NCBI GenBank assembly: GCA_951406725.2
Contig: OX597821.1
Location: 5,952,001-6,016,000, forward strand
Length of the DNA stretch: 64,000 nt
Reading direction: 5' to 3'
Source: Octopus vulgaris
Taxonomy: Eukaryota
In this document: piece after piece, positions 1 through 15,435 of the stretch
Layout of the letters: each line of letters opens with the position of its first letter
How positions within the stretch are numbered: position 1 is the first letter of the stretch
Notes under the pieces: generated by a model
The model's database searches: none
Told to the model about the DNA's origin: nothing
Seen by the model: only the letters and a program-made list of their open reading frames with translations
Position numbers and translations under genes: made by a program

Positions 1-168
1 AAACGACAGGCTTCTTTCAGTTTTTGTCTACCAAATCCACTCACAAGGCTTTGGTCTGCCTGAGGCTATAGTAGAAGACACTTGCCCAAGGTGCCACGCA
101 GTAGGACTGAACCCGGAACCATGCGGTTGGCAAGCAAGGTACTTACCACACAGCTACTCCTATGCCTA
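1..168 (-). mobile_element. Dominant tRNA-derived SINE (family A), 5' half
   Basis: Reverse complement of head GGAGTRGCTGTGTGGTAAG..GGTTCAGTCC..CCTTGGGCAAGTGTCTT. Confidence 0.85.
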
Positions 169-3100
169 TTATAAAAAGGGGTTTATAAAAAGGGGTTAGA
201 AATTTGGAAAAAAAAGAAAAAAAGAAAACTGGAGTTCATTTGTATAATGTACATGGATGAATTGTTTCAAAATAAGATGAGATGTTCATGGTCAGAATTT
301 TTACTCGAGTTTAACCTGGGGTTAAACAATATCATCATCATCATCATCGTCATCAAAGTTACCATCATCATCATCATCATCGCCTGCATTAACATTAGCA
401 TCACCATCAACTGCATAACCATCGTCGTCAAAGTCTTCGTCTTTTTCCCCTGTCATTACAGCCATCATCTTCATTAGTCTGCCCTGCCCACCCCCTTCTC
501 TGCCTCCTCCTCCTCGTCGTCACCACCACCACCACCACCACCACTACCATTTCTAGCAGCACCATGGATTTTCATAATTTTCTGTCAACATAGTCATCAT
601 TTCAAACTTCATCATCATCATCATCATCACCATCACCATCATCATTAGTCAACCCCTTACCCCTCTGCTTGTGGCTATACCTTTCTCCATTTTACACAAC
701 TGCATCATTAAGCTGATCCTAAATGATGACGTCGTTAAACAATCATCACCCCCCCCCCATCATCATCACCTTCAACATCATCCTCAGCAAACCTTCAACA
801 TAATCATCATCATATTCATCATCATCATCATCACCATCATCTCCACTATCACTGTTAACCCTCATCACCAACACTACTACTATCATCATCATCATCATCA
901 TCATCAGTGCCTACTCTACAAGACTGGACCCAGAATCTCACGCACACACACATACACACACACAATCCATCCCTCTCATTCATTCTTCTACTTCTCTCGC
1001 GATCAATCAAGTGAAGTGACTCTCAAGCAATAACAACCCCCACCCCCACCACTACCACCACCACCACAACCGCCACCACCCTGGCCAATAATGCCATCAC
1101 TACTTTCTAGTCAGTCAAGTCAATGAATGTATTTATATATGCATATGTATGTATGTATGTATGTATGTATGTGTGTGTGTGTGTGTGCATATGTGCATGC
1201 ATGTGTGTGTGTGTTGATGTAAAGATAGATATATTATAGAAAGCATGTGTGTGCGTATAGATTACATATGTATACTTATGAACTTATAATCTTACATATA
1301 TACATATATGTGTGTGTATACATACACACACACAAACACACATCATCATTTTAAGTTTTTTTTTTCTTTTTGTTTCGCATGGCTCAAGCAGGGTTTACTG
1401 AGGTAAATTTTCTACAGATGGATGCTGTTCCAGTCAGGAACAGCATCGGCCCTGAGAAAACTACCTCTACAAATTTCACCTGATCCAAGCAAGCATAGAA
1501 AGGTGGAAAGGAAAACGACGATGACAATGACGATGATGACACCATATTCTTAATATGCCTGCAAATCCCCCATTTAACGGGATTGTGGACAATTTGAAAA
1601 TACAGCATGGAGTGACAACCTCACTTAGCATAGTTACAGACTGCAATTTGGCAAGGCAAAGCACCTGTTCAGGTACCGTGTCAGGGACAGCAGAATGGCA
1701 GATTGTGAAGAGGCAATGGAAGAACCCAGCTGAGCCAATGGTGCTTCTGGAATTGATGCTGAGCAGAAGATCAATAGATCAATAGTCAGGATGACGAAGC
1801 TTTATCAAAAAGATAACTCCAACACACCAGGGGTGTGTAATCAGCTAATGAAAGATTGATTATAACTCAAGTTCACAATTCAAATTAGAATTGGATGGTG
1901 ACAGAAAGAGAGAGAGAGAGAGAGAGAGAGACTTCCTTCAGTCATGAATGACCATGGAATTGCACCTAGGCACAAGTCCAAGCAAGGTTATTCATGGAAG
2001 ACCAGCAGTCACCCATGCACACCAGCCCCGCCTCTCCACACCATTATATGTACATAGGGCAAACGGTAAAGACTCCCTTCAGTTATGAAATGACCTTAGG
2101 ATTGCACTTGGGACAAGTTTGTTTATGGAAGACCAGCAGTTGCCCATGCATACCAGCCTACCCACTCCACACCACCGATGTGATCCAAGGCAAAGGCAAA
2201 ACAGGCCAATACAGCTTGGCAACAGTGACATTGCAACTCATTTCTGCAGCTGAGTGGACTGGAGCAACATGAAATAAAGCATCTTGCTCAAGAACACAAC
2301 ACACAGCCCAGTCCAGAAATCGAACTCACTATCTCATGATTGTGAGCCCGATGCTCTTAACCACTGAGCTAGAGAGTCATGAGAATCAGCTCTGGCAGTG
2401 CAACAGGATATACAGATGTCTATGCATGGACATCTAGAGATGTCCATACATGTCATAGGAGGAAACTAAAAGGACATCTGGCTGTAGAACACTGCCTCAA
2501 AAAATCCAGTACAACACATGCCAGCATGAAAAAGCAAATATAAAAATAATCCTTTTTGATATGGGCACAAAGACAAATATTTCAAGGAAAGGGGTCAGTC
2601 AATTACATCCACAACGACGATTTAGTTGTTCGATCCATTGAATTACCTGCCACTGAATTACATGCCCCTGAATTACCTGCCGCTGAATTACCTGCCCCTG
2701 AATTAAATGCCCCTGAATTTTAAACACGTTTAAAAAAGAAATCTTTGAGTACATTGGGGGATCGCAAATGTCAAAGATGTTCTAGGGTGGTGCTGGTTGT
2801 TTAGAGGAGTTTCATAGGTTTTGTTAGAAATAAAGGTTTTAAACCAAGTGGTGGTGGATCTTCGCCGTTTGACAACAACGATTTAGTTGTTCGATCCACA
2901 TGCCTTGAATTACCTGCCCCTGAATTTTAAACACGTTTAAAAAAGAAATCGTTCTTTACTCTTTTGACCCTAAAAAGATAGAAGGAAGAGTTGACCTCAG
3001 TACCATTTGAACTCGGAATGTAAAGGTAAAAGAAATGCCACAAACAAGCATAAAAATAAGGATGACATTAAGGATGGAAGCTGTCATTTTAGGGAGATTT

Positions 3101-3751
3101 GGCTGTTATTTCTACAAACAAAATGGCTCACTCTTTGCCTTGTACATGTAAAATCACAGCCAGCCAGCCATAAATACAGGTATGTCATTTATGGCCATGC
3201 ACACCCCTACTCTGTTTCCCAGCTGAGGTCTTTGTCTTGCAGGTACCAGTGCCACAGGAGATGCACGCATGCCGGTGGCACATACGAAGTGCTTGGCACA
3301 CTTTGTAAAGTGGGTGGTCCTAGAAAGGGCATCCAGCTGTAGAAAATCCGCACAACAGACAACTGGAACCTGGTGCAGCTCTCCGGCTGGCCAGATTGGA
3401 AAACGACATTAAACGATGATGATGGTGATGATGATGATGATAAGTGTGTGTGTGTGTGTGTACGTGCGTGCATGTGTGTGTCTGTGTGCGTGTTGTGAAT
3501 GAATGGAAGAGACAGTTGTATAGACGGTCCCTTGTAGCCTCAAAAGGGCAAGAGAGTGTTTGATGATGTAGACTGTCTGTAATATGAAGATTCATTCTTG
3601 TCTGGCTATAAACAGCCATTAACGAAACGAACAAGAATTGAAATAAGTCTCCAAACCCCACCCTTCCCACCCTCATGGCTTTCCGTTCATATCTTTTGCC
3701 ACAACTCATCTCTATTAAGCTTTATTAATTCTATTATTAATATTATCAATC

Positions 3752-3785
<34 letters not shown>

Positions 3786-3816
3786 TATTACTATTATTAT
3801 TATTATTACTATTATT

Positions 3817-3849
<33 letters not shown>

Positions 3850-4089
3850 AGTATTATTACAAGTCATCCTGTTGTTTTTGCCTTTGTTCTTGTTGTCGCT
3901 GTGCTTATTGTTGTTGTTGTTGTTGTTGTTAATATATCTTGGTCGTAATGGTTTCTACAGCGAGATCATTAAAACTTGCCGAGTTGCTTAACTGCACACT
4001 AAGGAATTTATCTTCTCAATGCCAAAAAGCAGACTTTTCCAGTCCACCCCATTCCTCAACACCCAACTCCCCAACACACACACACACAC

Positions 4090-4135
<46 letters not shown>

Positions 4136-5362
4136 GCACAAAACAAATCACCACCGCTATGGTGATGACCATCAACATACACCCTTCTACTATCATAAAA
4201 AGCCACTGTACCACCCATGGCCACCATATATAAAACACCATAATCATACTAAACAGCCAGTTCATACCACCACCACCACCACCACCACCACCACCACTAC
4301 CACCACCACCATCACCACCACCACCACCACCACCAGCTCTGAGCTAACTAACTAACTAGCTCTGGTGTTTGGTGTCTCGTCTGGATCAGTGGTTTTGGAA
4401 TTGGAAAATCATCCAAGACTAAGATTTCCCAGCAAATGTTGTCTGATTTTTGGTCTTTTTATCATTTTATTCACTTGCCTTCACTTTCAATTTTACATTC
4501 ATGCTCTCTCTCTCTCTCTCTCTCTCTCTCCCCTGTGTTCTCTAATGTTTCAACTGGTTTACAAAGTGTTGCTCTCTTAATTAGGCTCCGTCTATCAGCA
4601 CCCTGACATATTTCAGATAAAATTGCCATTTCTGTATATGCAGACCTTGTGGAATAATAGAGAAGTGATAGACACATGCACACACACACACACATGCATG
4701 TGTGTGTGTGTGTGTGTGTGTGTATACACATATATATGCATATATTTGTGGTGGGAGGGGTGAAAAATTTCTTAATTACATATGCATGTGTGTATACATA
4801 TACATACATGTACATGTTATATCTATGGTCATATACACACATGTATACATATATACATATACACATTTATACATGCTTACATATATATATATAACTATAC
4901 ACACACACATATATATATGCATTTTTTTATTTTTATATATATGGATATATATATACACATATATATAGAAATATAGATATATATATATACGTATATATAT
5001 GTATATATATATACACACACATATATATATTGATACATATATATATATATATGGATATACACACACACATGCACACCCACACGCATGCACACACACACAA
5101 ACAAACACACACATACATAAGCACAAACACACACACACATAAATATACATATATTATTACCTTTTACAAGAAAAAATTGACAGTGACTTCGAAGTTTTAA
5201 ATTGTTCCCATTCTGATGATGACAAACCAGCTGGAACTTCGAAGTCACTCTCAACCTTTTGTAAGACTAATAAATACGTACTCCACCGAGCAATTGTTCA
5301 GAATACTGTTAAATAGTTCTATAAAGTTTAAAACTTTGCCAAGAAACAAACATATATGTATG

Positions 5363-5416
<54 letters not shown>

Positions 5417-5870
5417 TATATACGTGTGTATATATATATATATACACACACACATATATATATGTATAAGTCTTTTATAGGCATCCATGTGGTGTCACAC
5501 AAAAGCGCCTGTGCGGCATCATGTAAAAGCACCCATGCAGTGGCATGTAAAAATGACGGTGGTGTGACATTAAAATGGCCATGAGGTGTCACGTAAAAGC
5601 ACCCACTAAACTCTGAAAAGTGGTTGGCATTAGGAAAGGCATCCAGCTGTAGAGACCACGCCATGACAGACTGGAGCCTGGTGCAGCCCCTCAGCTTACC
5701 AGCACAGGTCAGATTGCCCAGCATGGGCAACAGATGTTAATAACGGTGATGATGTTGATGATAAAAGTTCACAAACTGCTACTCGGGCTTTCAGACAACT
5801 GACCATCGTTTGATGGAACATTACAACGATTTATAAACATTTATAAGTGATTGTACAGTTCCAAAAGTTC

Positions 5871-5914
5871 ACTTGTGTCTGATGAGTGGTTACATGAAAC
5901 CCTGAGTAGCAGGT
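5871..5914 (+). ncRNA. Minimal hammerhead motif
   Basis: ACUUGU GU CUGAUGA GUG GUUA CAU GAAAC CCUGA GUA GCAGGU; stem I with GU pairs; partial inverted copy near 5777-5800. Confidence 0.5.
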
Positions 5915-6013
5915 TGTTAAATTTTTTTCAGCTTCAATAAAACACTGGGTCTTAAGTATTTGGGTATGCTACTTTCTTCACCTTGTTTTGCACCTGAGTG
6001 TTCACATACAAGT

Positions 6014-6410
6014 GTCAGGAGTGGCTGTGTGGTAAGTAGTTTGCTTACCAACCACATGGTTCCGGGTTCAGTCCCACTGTGTGGCACCTTAGGCAAGTGT
6101 CTTCTACTATAGCCTTGAGCCGACCAAGTGGATTTGGTAGACGGAAACTGAAAACAAGCCCGTCATATATATGTAAATATATATGTATGTGTATGTATAT
6201 GTTTGTGTGTCTGTGTTTGTCCCCCTCCCAACATCGCTTGACAACCGATGCTGGTGTGTTTACATCCCCGTAACTTAGCAGTTCAGCAAAAGAGACTGAT
6301 AGAATAAGTACTAGGCTTACAATGAATAAGTCCTGAGTCGATTTGCTCAACTAAAGGCAGTGCTCCAGCATGGCCACAGTCAAATGACTGAAACAAGTAA
6401 AAGAGTAAAA
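6014..6410 (+). mobile_element. SINE family A, full length
   Basis: A/B-box head, central (TA/TG) microsatellite, tail GTGCTCCAGCATGGCCACAGTCAAATGACTGAAACAAGTAAAAGAG. Confidence 0.9.
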
Positions 6411-6538
6411 AAGTACCAAATAAATTTTATGTCTGAGTATACACATACTTATACATGCAGATACATTAATGTATGTATACAAACACAGACAGTTATGCAC
6501 ACACAGATGCACAAATGCTCACATACATACATATGTAT

Positions 6539-6597
<59 letters not shown>

Positions 6598-6718
6598 CAC
6601 ATGCACACATGTGCATACACACATTCATATTCAGCATCAGTGTTTTTTATATCCAGCTTCCCATCCTTGCATAGGCCAAATGAAATTTTGTGGAGGCAGA
6701 ATTTTCTATGGCTGAATG

Positions 6719-6764
<46 letters not shown>

Positions 6765-8209
6765 ATCTCTCCCATGCCAACACAGATCTGTTTCCAAACA
6801 GGCTAATAATAACTCTCAGACTATCGAACATTGAACAGCCCCAACAAGCTTTCACAGAGCACTGAAAACAAACCACACCAAGTACTCAAAGGCAAGGAAG
6901 AACATGCATTCACTTACACACACATACACACACACACACACATAGTGGAAGAATAGAAGACAAAATGATTTCAATAATATTCACAAAATTCCACTTGCTC
7001 AGTTCTACAGCTGTTTCCATGAACCACACAGAAATATCGTCAGTCATATAATAATCACATAACTAATTGTACTGATTAAATTAATTTAGTTCAATACAGT
7101 GTGGAAGTCATTTCATCAAGAATATGTTTGAAATCCAAAAATTCATCCTTGCCATTTTAAATATAACACAGAAAAATAATATAAATAGGAAACATGTATA
7201 ATATAAATATATATTCTTTATTTGAGATTAACAATGCTACCATTGGTTTCATGCAGTAATATCACAATTATCAAAATGTCCCACTTAAAAATGTTGGAGA
7301 CAGATTACCAACATTTTTAATGGAACATTTTATAATAGCTATGTATCCGCATGAAACCAATGGTAGCATTGTAAACCTACACAAATAAACAATATATTCA
7401 TCCACCAAATGCAATGCTGGGCACTCATTCTTATTGTTCACCCCTATCATATCATCTGTGTGGTGTGTATGTGTGTACACTGATAATCTTGGCTTTTCAA
7501 ACCATTACTGCTTGGGACACACATACACACACACATAAATATGTGAACAAACAAAAGACAACAGCAATCAACACTTATTTACTCGGAGATGAAACTATAT
7601 AATAACAGGTTGACCAAGTTCTACATTACTTCAAGTTTCGTAGGCACACATCCTTACATGAAGATGTAATATATCCGTTACAACAAGGTTAGTATTTTAA
7701 AGCAAGTTTAAGAATAACAACAGAACGTTTACTTGTGGGGTTTCCATATTCAAAGTAGAATCACTTTGATAGATACAGATATTCATTTATGCAGAAACAC
7801 AAATTTTGTACAAAGCATAGACACATAAATGCATTTGGTATGTGTGAGAATGAACAAGTGCAGAGGACATCAACGAACTCAAAACGAAATGACTGCAGTC
7901 TACTCATGCTATACACATGTGTGTGGATATATATTATATATATATAAATGTGTCTGTGTACATGTATACATGTATGTGTGTAGAAGTGTGAGTCACTGTG
8001 TGTATGTGTGTGTGTGTGTGTGTGTGATATAAATAAACAGTATGTATCCATGTGTTTGCTCAAGGAACTGGTATATGAAATTAGTGAGATGCTATTTCTG
8101 TAAGAAACGTAACTAATAATCTGCTAAGCTGTTAATCCAGGAGATTATTTCTACAGTTGTAATATCAGCACTTTAGAAGAAATACTTTAGCATCTGTGGT
8201 TTTACATAC

Positions 8210-8246
<37 letters not shown>

Positions 8247-8775
8247 TGCACACATACATACACGCACGTGAGAGAGTGTATGTACATATATACACAGATA
8301 AATGTATGTGCACAGACATTCTTACACATGCATGCATACATAAACCACCTATGATGACATAGAAACATATGCGGTTCAGTTGGTGGGTAGGTAAGTATGT
8401 AGAGAGATAGGTAACTAGGTAGGTACGTAAATATGTATCAGGTGTACAGTTAGGCAGGTAGGTAGGTATATAGATATATATCTGTATGATATATATATCT
8501 ACCTTTGTCACAGACAAGAGAGACAGATAAACAAACAGATATATATATGTGTGTGTGTGTGTATGCGTGTGTTTTTGGCCAGTGGAAAAAAAAAAACCGA
8601 TAAGCGGATGCTTTGAAACAGATATCTAGTGTGGTGTCCGTTCCACTCGAGTTGCACAGACGTTCAATTGTCACTCTCTCCATCATGAATGCAGTGAACC
8701 AATGGTTGGTTCGTTGGAAATCTATATGCAACAATGCTATTGATCACGTCACAAATAACAACAGCAACAAAAATA

Positions 8776-8809
<34 letters not shown>

Positions 8810-8841
8810 CGATGACGATGACAATACAAGCTGGTGCTTAC

Positions 8842-8945
8842 CTCAAACTGGAATCCATACTGGAGAATGACCTGTCTGACATCATCATAACTCAGTTCTA
8901 TGGAACTTTCATTTGGCATGTCTGAAAAATGGTACAGCAATGGCC
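8842..8945 (-). CDS. CARNMT1: Carnosine N-methyltransferase, next internal exon, 104 nt
   Basis: ctctttgtctttgcag|GG CCA TTG ... TTT GAG|gtaagc = (G)[34 protein letters not shown]; continues the NLGPLLYHF motif in phase 1 with the exon at 62649-62762. Confidence 0.95.
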
Positions 8946-9112
8946 CTGCAAAGACAAAGAGAGGAATGACCACTGAGAAGCTGTGGACACAGAAAGTGAT
9001 GATGGTGGTGATGGTGGCGATGATGTTGGTGGTGTTGGTGGTAGTGGTGGTGGTGGTGATGGTATTTGTGACAGCAGTGATATTAGTGCGTGTGTGTGAG
9101 TGTGTGTACATC

Positions 9113-9492
9113 TTTTACCTTTCACTTGTTTCAGTCATTAGGCTTTGGCCATGCTGGGGCACTGCCTTGAAGAATTCTTAGTCAAAGGAATCAGCCCCAG
9201 TACTTTTATTTCATTTTATTTTTTCTTAAAAGCTTGATACTTATTCTATCAGTCGTTTTTGCTGAACCACTAAGTTATAAGGACGTAAACACACCAACAC
9301 ACACATATACACACCAGACACACACACATATATATTCAATGGGCTTCTAACAGTTTCCATCTAACAAATCCAATCACAAGGCTTTGATCAGCCCAAGGCT
9401 ATAGAAGACACTTGCTCAAGGTGCCACACAGTGGGACTGAACCCATAATCACATGGTTGAGATGCAAACTTACCACACATCCACACATGTAC

Positions 9493-9524
<32 letters not shown>

Positions 9525-9542
9525 TATATATTTATATATTTA

Positions 9543-9578
<36 letters not shown>

Positions 9579-9604
9579 CGCATATATAAATATATAAATA
9601 TATA

Positions 9605-9655
<51 letters not shown>

Positions 9656-10490
9656 TTCGTCTTTTGTCTCCTATTGGTTTTTAGTTATTGAACTATCGCC
9701 ATACTAGGGCACCACCTACAAGGGTCTAGTCAAATAAATTGACCTCAGAACTTATTTTTCAAGTTTGATACCTATTCTGTCATGTCGTTTGTCAAACTGC
9801 TAAGTTATGGGGGCATAAACAAACCAACACCAGCTATGAAGTAGTGGGTGGGGGAGGGAGAAAAACACAAGCATAAAGATACACACACACACACACATGA
9901 CAAGCTACTTTCAGTTTCTGTTTAGCAAATTCATTTACAAGGCTTTGATCAGCTTGGAGCTATACTAGATACCACTTGCCCAAGGTGCCATGCAGTGAAA
10001 TTGAACCCACAACCATGTAATTGGAAAGCAAACTTCTTGACCACATAGCCATGTCAGCACACACACGCGCACGCACGCACATGCATATACACTCTTACTC
10101 TTGTTTTACTTCTTTCAGTCATTTGACTGTGGCCATGCTGGAGCACCGCCTTTAGTCGAGCACATCGCCCCGGGACTTATTCTTTGTAAGCCTAGTACTT
10201 ATTCTATCAGTCTCTTTTGCCGAACTGCTAAGTTACGGGGATGTAAACACACCAGCATCGGTTGTCAAGCGATGTTGGGGGGACAAATACAGATACACAA
10301 ACATATACATACACATACATATATATGACGGGATTCTTTTCAGTTTCCGTCTACCAAATCCACTCACAAGGCTTTGGTCAGCCCGAGGCTATAGTAGAAG
10401 ACACTTGCCCAAGGAGCCACGCAGTGGGACTGAACCCAGAACCATGTAGTTGGTAAGCAAGCTACTTACCCCACAGCCACTCCTGCGCCT
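9113..10490 (-). mobile_element. Three consecutive SINE family A copies (about 9113-9480, 9680-10035, 10093-10490)
   Basis: Reverse-complement matches to 6014-6410 with differing divergence. Confidence 0.85.
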
Positions 10491-11339
10491 TATAATATAT
10501 ACGTATGTACACATTATAATTGATGAAGGAAATGGAAAATGGATTTGGTACAAATCTTTATCCAACAAGACTATCGTTTTGATCCATCCTGCAGCTGTCC
10601 CTTACAGGTAGGATATCATGCATCTAGTGTTGCATCAATCTATCCAGTCTGTGTACCCACATACTACAAGAGAGTACAACATGCCTAGAGGATCTCAGTA
10701 TATGCAGTGAGATATCTTTTATACCAAAACACCTGAGGAAACACAAACTACACTGATTGATGCAACACAACTAGATGCATGATATCCTACCTGTAAGGCA
10801 CAGCTGCAGGACCGTCACAGTGAATAAAGATTTGCACCAAATCCATTTTCTGTTTCCTTCGTCAATTATAAACCAAACGAACACTGCAGAATTCCTGATG
10901 TAAATCCAGTAAAAATTATACTGTAACTGTGGATGACACCAGATAGCACCAACAGTGAATGTGCTTTGACATACTAATAGACATATACCCAAAGTCTAAA
11001 TAAATACTTATATATACTATATATATTATATGCATGTTGTATGGTATGTAACACAATTTTTCTCTTCAACTTATTTCCAAACATACACCACCTGATGATT
11101 ATATTCTAAATGCTGACTGGTGTGTAGGCTGACTGTCTGAGAGAACAGATTTTAGTTCTGATTACACCGGAGCTAATGAGACCCATTCGGATTGAAATCA
11201 GGATCCTGCAGGTGTCTGACTCACCTGTTCTCTCTCGTAACTATAACTCTTAAATTCTTTGAGATCAAGGCTAGATTTACTTTTCATGTCCAGAATTAAT
11301 CGCTGCCATAAAAGTATATTACAGAGCTGGTGCACTCCT

Positions 11340-11764
11340 CTTCCTGCTGCCCCACCCCTTTCTCTCTATCTATCTCTTCCTTTCTCTTATTCTTCTCTCA
11401 CTCTCTTTCTTTGCCTTCAACTTCTCTCCTTTCTCCTCAACCTCATTCTCTCCTTACTCTCACCTCCATTCTCATGTGCTCTCTTTCTCTTCACTCCTAT
11501 TTATCCTTCATCCCTTACCTTCAATTTCTTTCTCTTTCTCCCCACCTCTCTCTCTCCCTCTTCTACTCTCACATTCACTCTCTTTGTCATCCACCTAATC
11601 TGACTTCTCCCTTCTCCCTCTCTCTTTCCCTCCCCTCTGGCTTTCTTCCCTTCCCCCTCACTTTCTGTTTTATCCTTCTTTTCCCAACACACATCTCTCT
11701 CCTTCTCATCCTTACTGTCATTTCTTCTACTTTCTCTTCTCAATCACTCTCAATCAACATCCCT

Positions 11765-11804
<40 letters not shown>

Positions 11805-12053
11805 CTGATCTTCCTTTTCCTCTGTTCTCTCTCTCTCCCTACCTATTCACTCTCCTTCTATACTTCTCCTCTTTCTCTTCCACTTCTTCCCACTCTCCAT
11901 TTCTTTCTCTCTCTCTCTCTTTCTCTGTTCTTCATTTTCGCTTTTCCTCTCTCTTTCTTTCTCTCTCCCCTTCTCTTTGTCTCTTTCTCTCTCTCTCTCT
12001 CCCTCTCTCTCTCTTTCTCTCTCCTTCTTTCTCTCCCTCTCTCTCTCTCCCTC

Positions 12054-12075
<22 letters not shown>
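11340..12075 (+). repeat. Long polypyrimidine (CT-rich) tract
   Basis: About 730 bp nearly devoid of G, ending in (CT)n. Confidence 0.9.
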
Positions 12076-12094
<19 letters not shown>

Positions 12095-12239
12095 TGCCCC
12101 TTTTCCGTGTCTTCCCTATTCAACAAAAGAGATGCATAAAGATTTAATTAGGAAGTGACAACACCCCTTGCAGTGACTCTCCTCAATGTTGTCTCATCGA
12201 ATTAACGAGATCAAAGACTAACGAAATCAATAAGCAGCC

Positions 12240-13063
<824 letters not shown>

Positions 13064-13780
13064 TAAAATTCTAAGATTGAATTCGCAAGACAAGAAATGC
13101 AAACAGGGGGGAAGGAAGGGGGAACGGTAATGTGGGCGAGTGGAGAGGTGGCTGCAAGGTGGGGAGGTTTGTGGGAATGTGAGGGGATGGGGGTGAGAGT
13201 GGTCGTGGAGGAAGAAGAGGCTGAAGAGTAAGAAGAGGCCAAAGGAGAGGAAGGTGGGAGGAAGGCGGGAAGAGCAGTGTGGAGCAGATGAGGAGGAAGG
13301 GGAAGATGGGAAGAAGAAGAAGAGGAGGTGGCAAAAGTGTTGCAGAGGAAAAGGGAAAAAGAAGAGAAGGAGGAGTAGGTGGAAGATGAGGTGGGGGTGT
13401 GGGTAAGAGAAAGAGGCATCACTCATAACAGTTCTTTATATTGTAAACAACATGTAGTGAGATTGGTTGATTAGTGGAGAGAATTGACAAGTCAGCACTC
13501 TTTACATTTGTCTGTCTGTCTGTCCGTCTTCATATTCCTCCGGTAAAAGACTCAGCCATAGCTAAATAAAGGACTAGGAAGCAATTAACGAATTTAATTG
13601 ACAGGAAGGTGTTACAAACGAACATGGAGAAGTCACTGTTTTGGCTTAATGGAACAAAGCTAATAATAATAATAATAATGATGATGATGATGATGATGAT
13701 GATGATAATAATAAATAATAATAATAATAATAGTAATGGTAATGATGATGATGATGATGATAATAATAATAATAATAATA

Positions 13781-13818
<38 letters not shown>

Positions 13819-13829
13819 TTATAATTATA

Positions 13830-13864
<35 letters not shown>

Positions 13865-15029
13865 AATAATAATAAATAATAATAATAATGATGATGATAT
13901 CAAATTTTTGCCCCAAGAACAGCTAGGGGAGAGGGGATTAAGTCGATTACATCAACCCCTGGTGCATAACTGGTACTTGTTTAATAATAATAATGCCCTG
14001 ATGCAGTACCAGGCAGTGGCTCTCATGGCTTGTGATTTTAACTGATTGCAAGTGTTATCATGTACATTGTTTTGTCTTGGTATCAAAGATGGGCTACAGC
14101 AAATATTCTGCTGAATACCACAGATCTGCGTGTCAGTTGTTTGACCTTAACCAGTTGAGCATGTCCCTTAGTGGCTGACAATACGTGCATCTCTGATCAT
14201 GAGCAGAAGTAGTGGGGGAGCATCATGGCCATGTGTTGAGAGGGATTCAGTGGGGTTTGGATAATTCACCTTCAAGTTTTGTTCAATATCCTTAAACAAC
14301 CTTATTTGAGTGAGATGGGCTACTCAATCTGAAGGAAATTCTAACTGGGCCCCACCTGCAAGGTCATACACTATTTATCTTGATATGAGATCACCATGTT
14401 GTGCACATAGGGTTGTGATGCATGTGTCTAGTGTACCCTTATCAGACGGGTAGTCATGATGAGTATATTGGGCTTCATATATTTGTGCCCCAGTGTCACT
14501 TTGATGGCATGCACTGCTCTCTCACTCAATAATCAGCGTCGTCGTCATGGTTGAAGTAGTGGTTTCAAATTTTAGGTTCACTCCCACTGAATGGACAAGT
14601 GTCTTCCACTATAGCCCTGGGTCAATCAAAGCCTGGGGAGTGGATTTAGTAAACAGAAACTGAAAGATGCCTATTGTAACAAGTCTGGCCTTGAGAAGAT
14701 ATTACATTGCTAGGAAAGAGGTGAGGGTTGGTGACAGGAAGGGCATCCAGCTGTAGAGAATCTGCCTCAATGAATTCCAATCTAACCCATACAGGTATAG
14801 AAAAGTTTGTTGTTAAAATGAAGTGGAGGGTGTGGCACTGGCAAATATACATAATGGATTTCCATGCAGTTTCTACCTACCACTTCCGGTCACAAGTTAT
14901 GATGGAAGACACTCACCCAAGGTGCTATGCAATGGGATTGAACCTGAAAGCACATGAATACAAAACAAACACCAAATCCATATCCACACTGCCAAGTTTA
15001 CACCTATTTGTTTGTTATATATTTTTTAC

Positions 15030-15435
15030 GCTTTTACTTGTTTCAATCTTTTAATTGTGGCCATGCAGGAGCACCACCGCAAACGGTTTTAGTCAAGCAA
15101 ACTGACCCCCAGGACTTATTCTTATGTAAGCCTAGTACATATTCTATGGGCCTCTTTTCCTGAACTGCTAAGTTACAGGGACATAAACACACCAACACCG
15201 GTTGTCAAGCGGTGATGGGGAGAACAAACACAGACACAATGACACACACACATTGATATATATATATATATACAATGGGCTTCTTTCAGTTTCCATCTAC
15301 CAATTCCATCCCCAAGGCTTTGGTCGGCCTAAGGCAATAGTAGAAGATACTTGCCCAAGTGCCATACAATGGAACTGAACCCGGAACCATGCGGTTGGTA
15401 AGCAAGCTACTTACAGCACAGCCACTCCTGTACCT
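15030..15435 (-). mobile_element. SINE family A
   Basis: Full-length reverse-complement match to 6014-6410. Confidence 0.85.

Noticed and set aside
5163-5265. Hairpin containing CTGATGA..GGAACTTCGAAGTC
   Set aside because: GAAA box mutated and stems I/II not formed; too decayed to call a ribozyme.
4471-5730. YI/CV/HT dipeptide ORFs here and throughout the track
   Set aside because: Translations of (TA)n, (TG)n and (CATA)n microsatellites.
7609-7687. Plus-strand AG..GTTAGT-bounded 79-nt open segment
   Set aside because: No polypyrimidine tract and no recognisable peptide.
1-8841. Terminal CARNMT1 exon
   Set aside because: No segment resembling the expected final exon was found; a KPQMLKYFF stretch near 8175-8205 lacks an acceptor and context. 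The exon probably lies outside the window.
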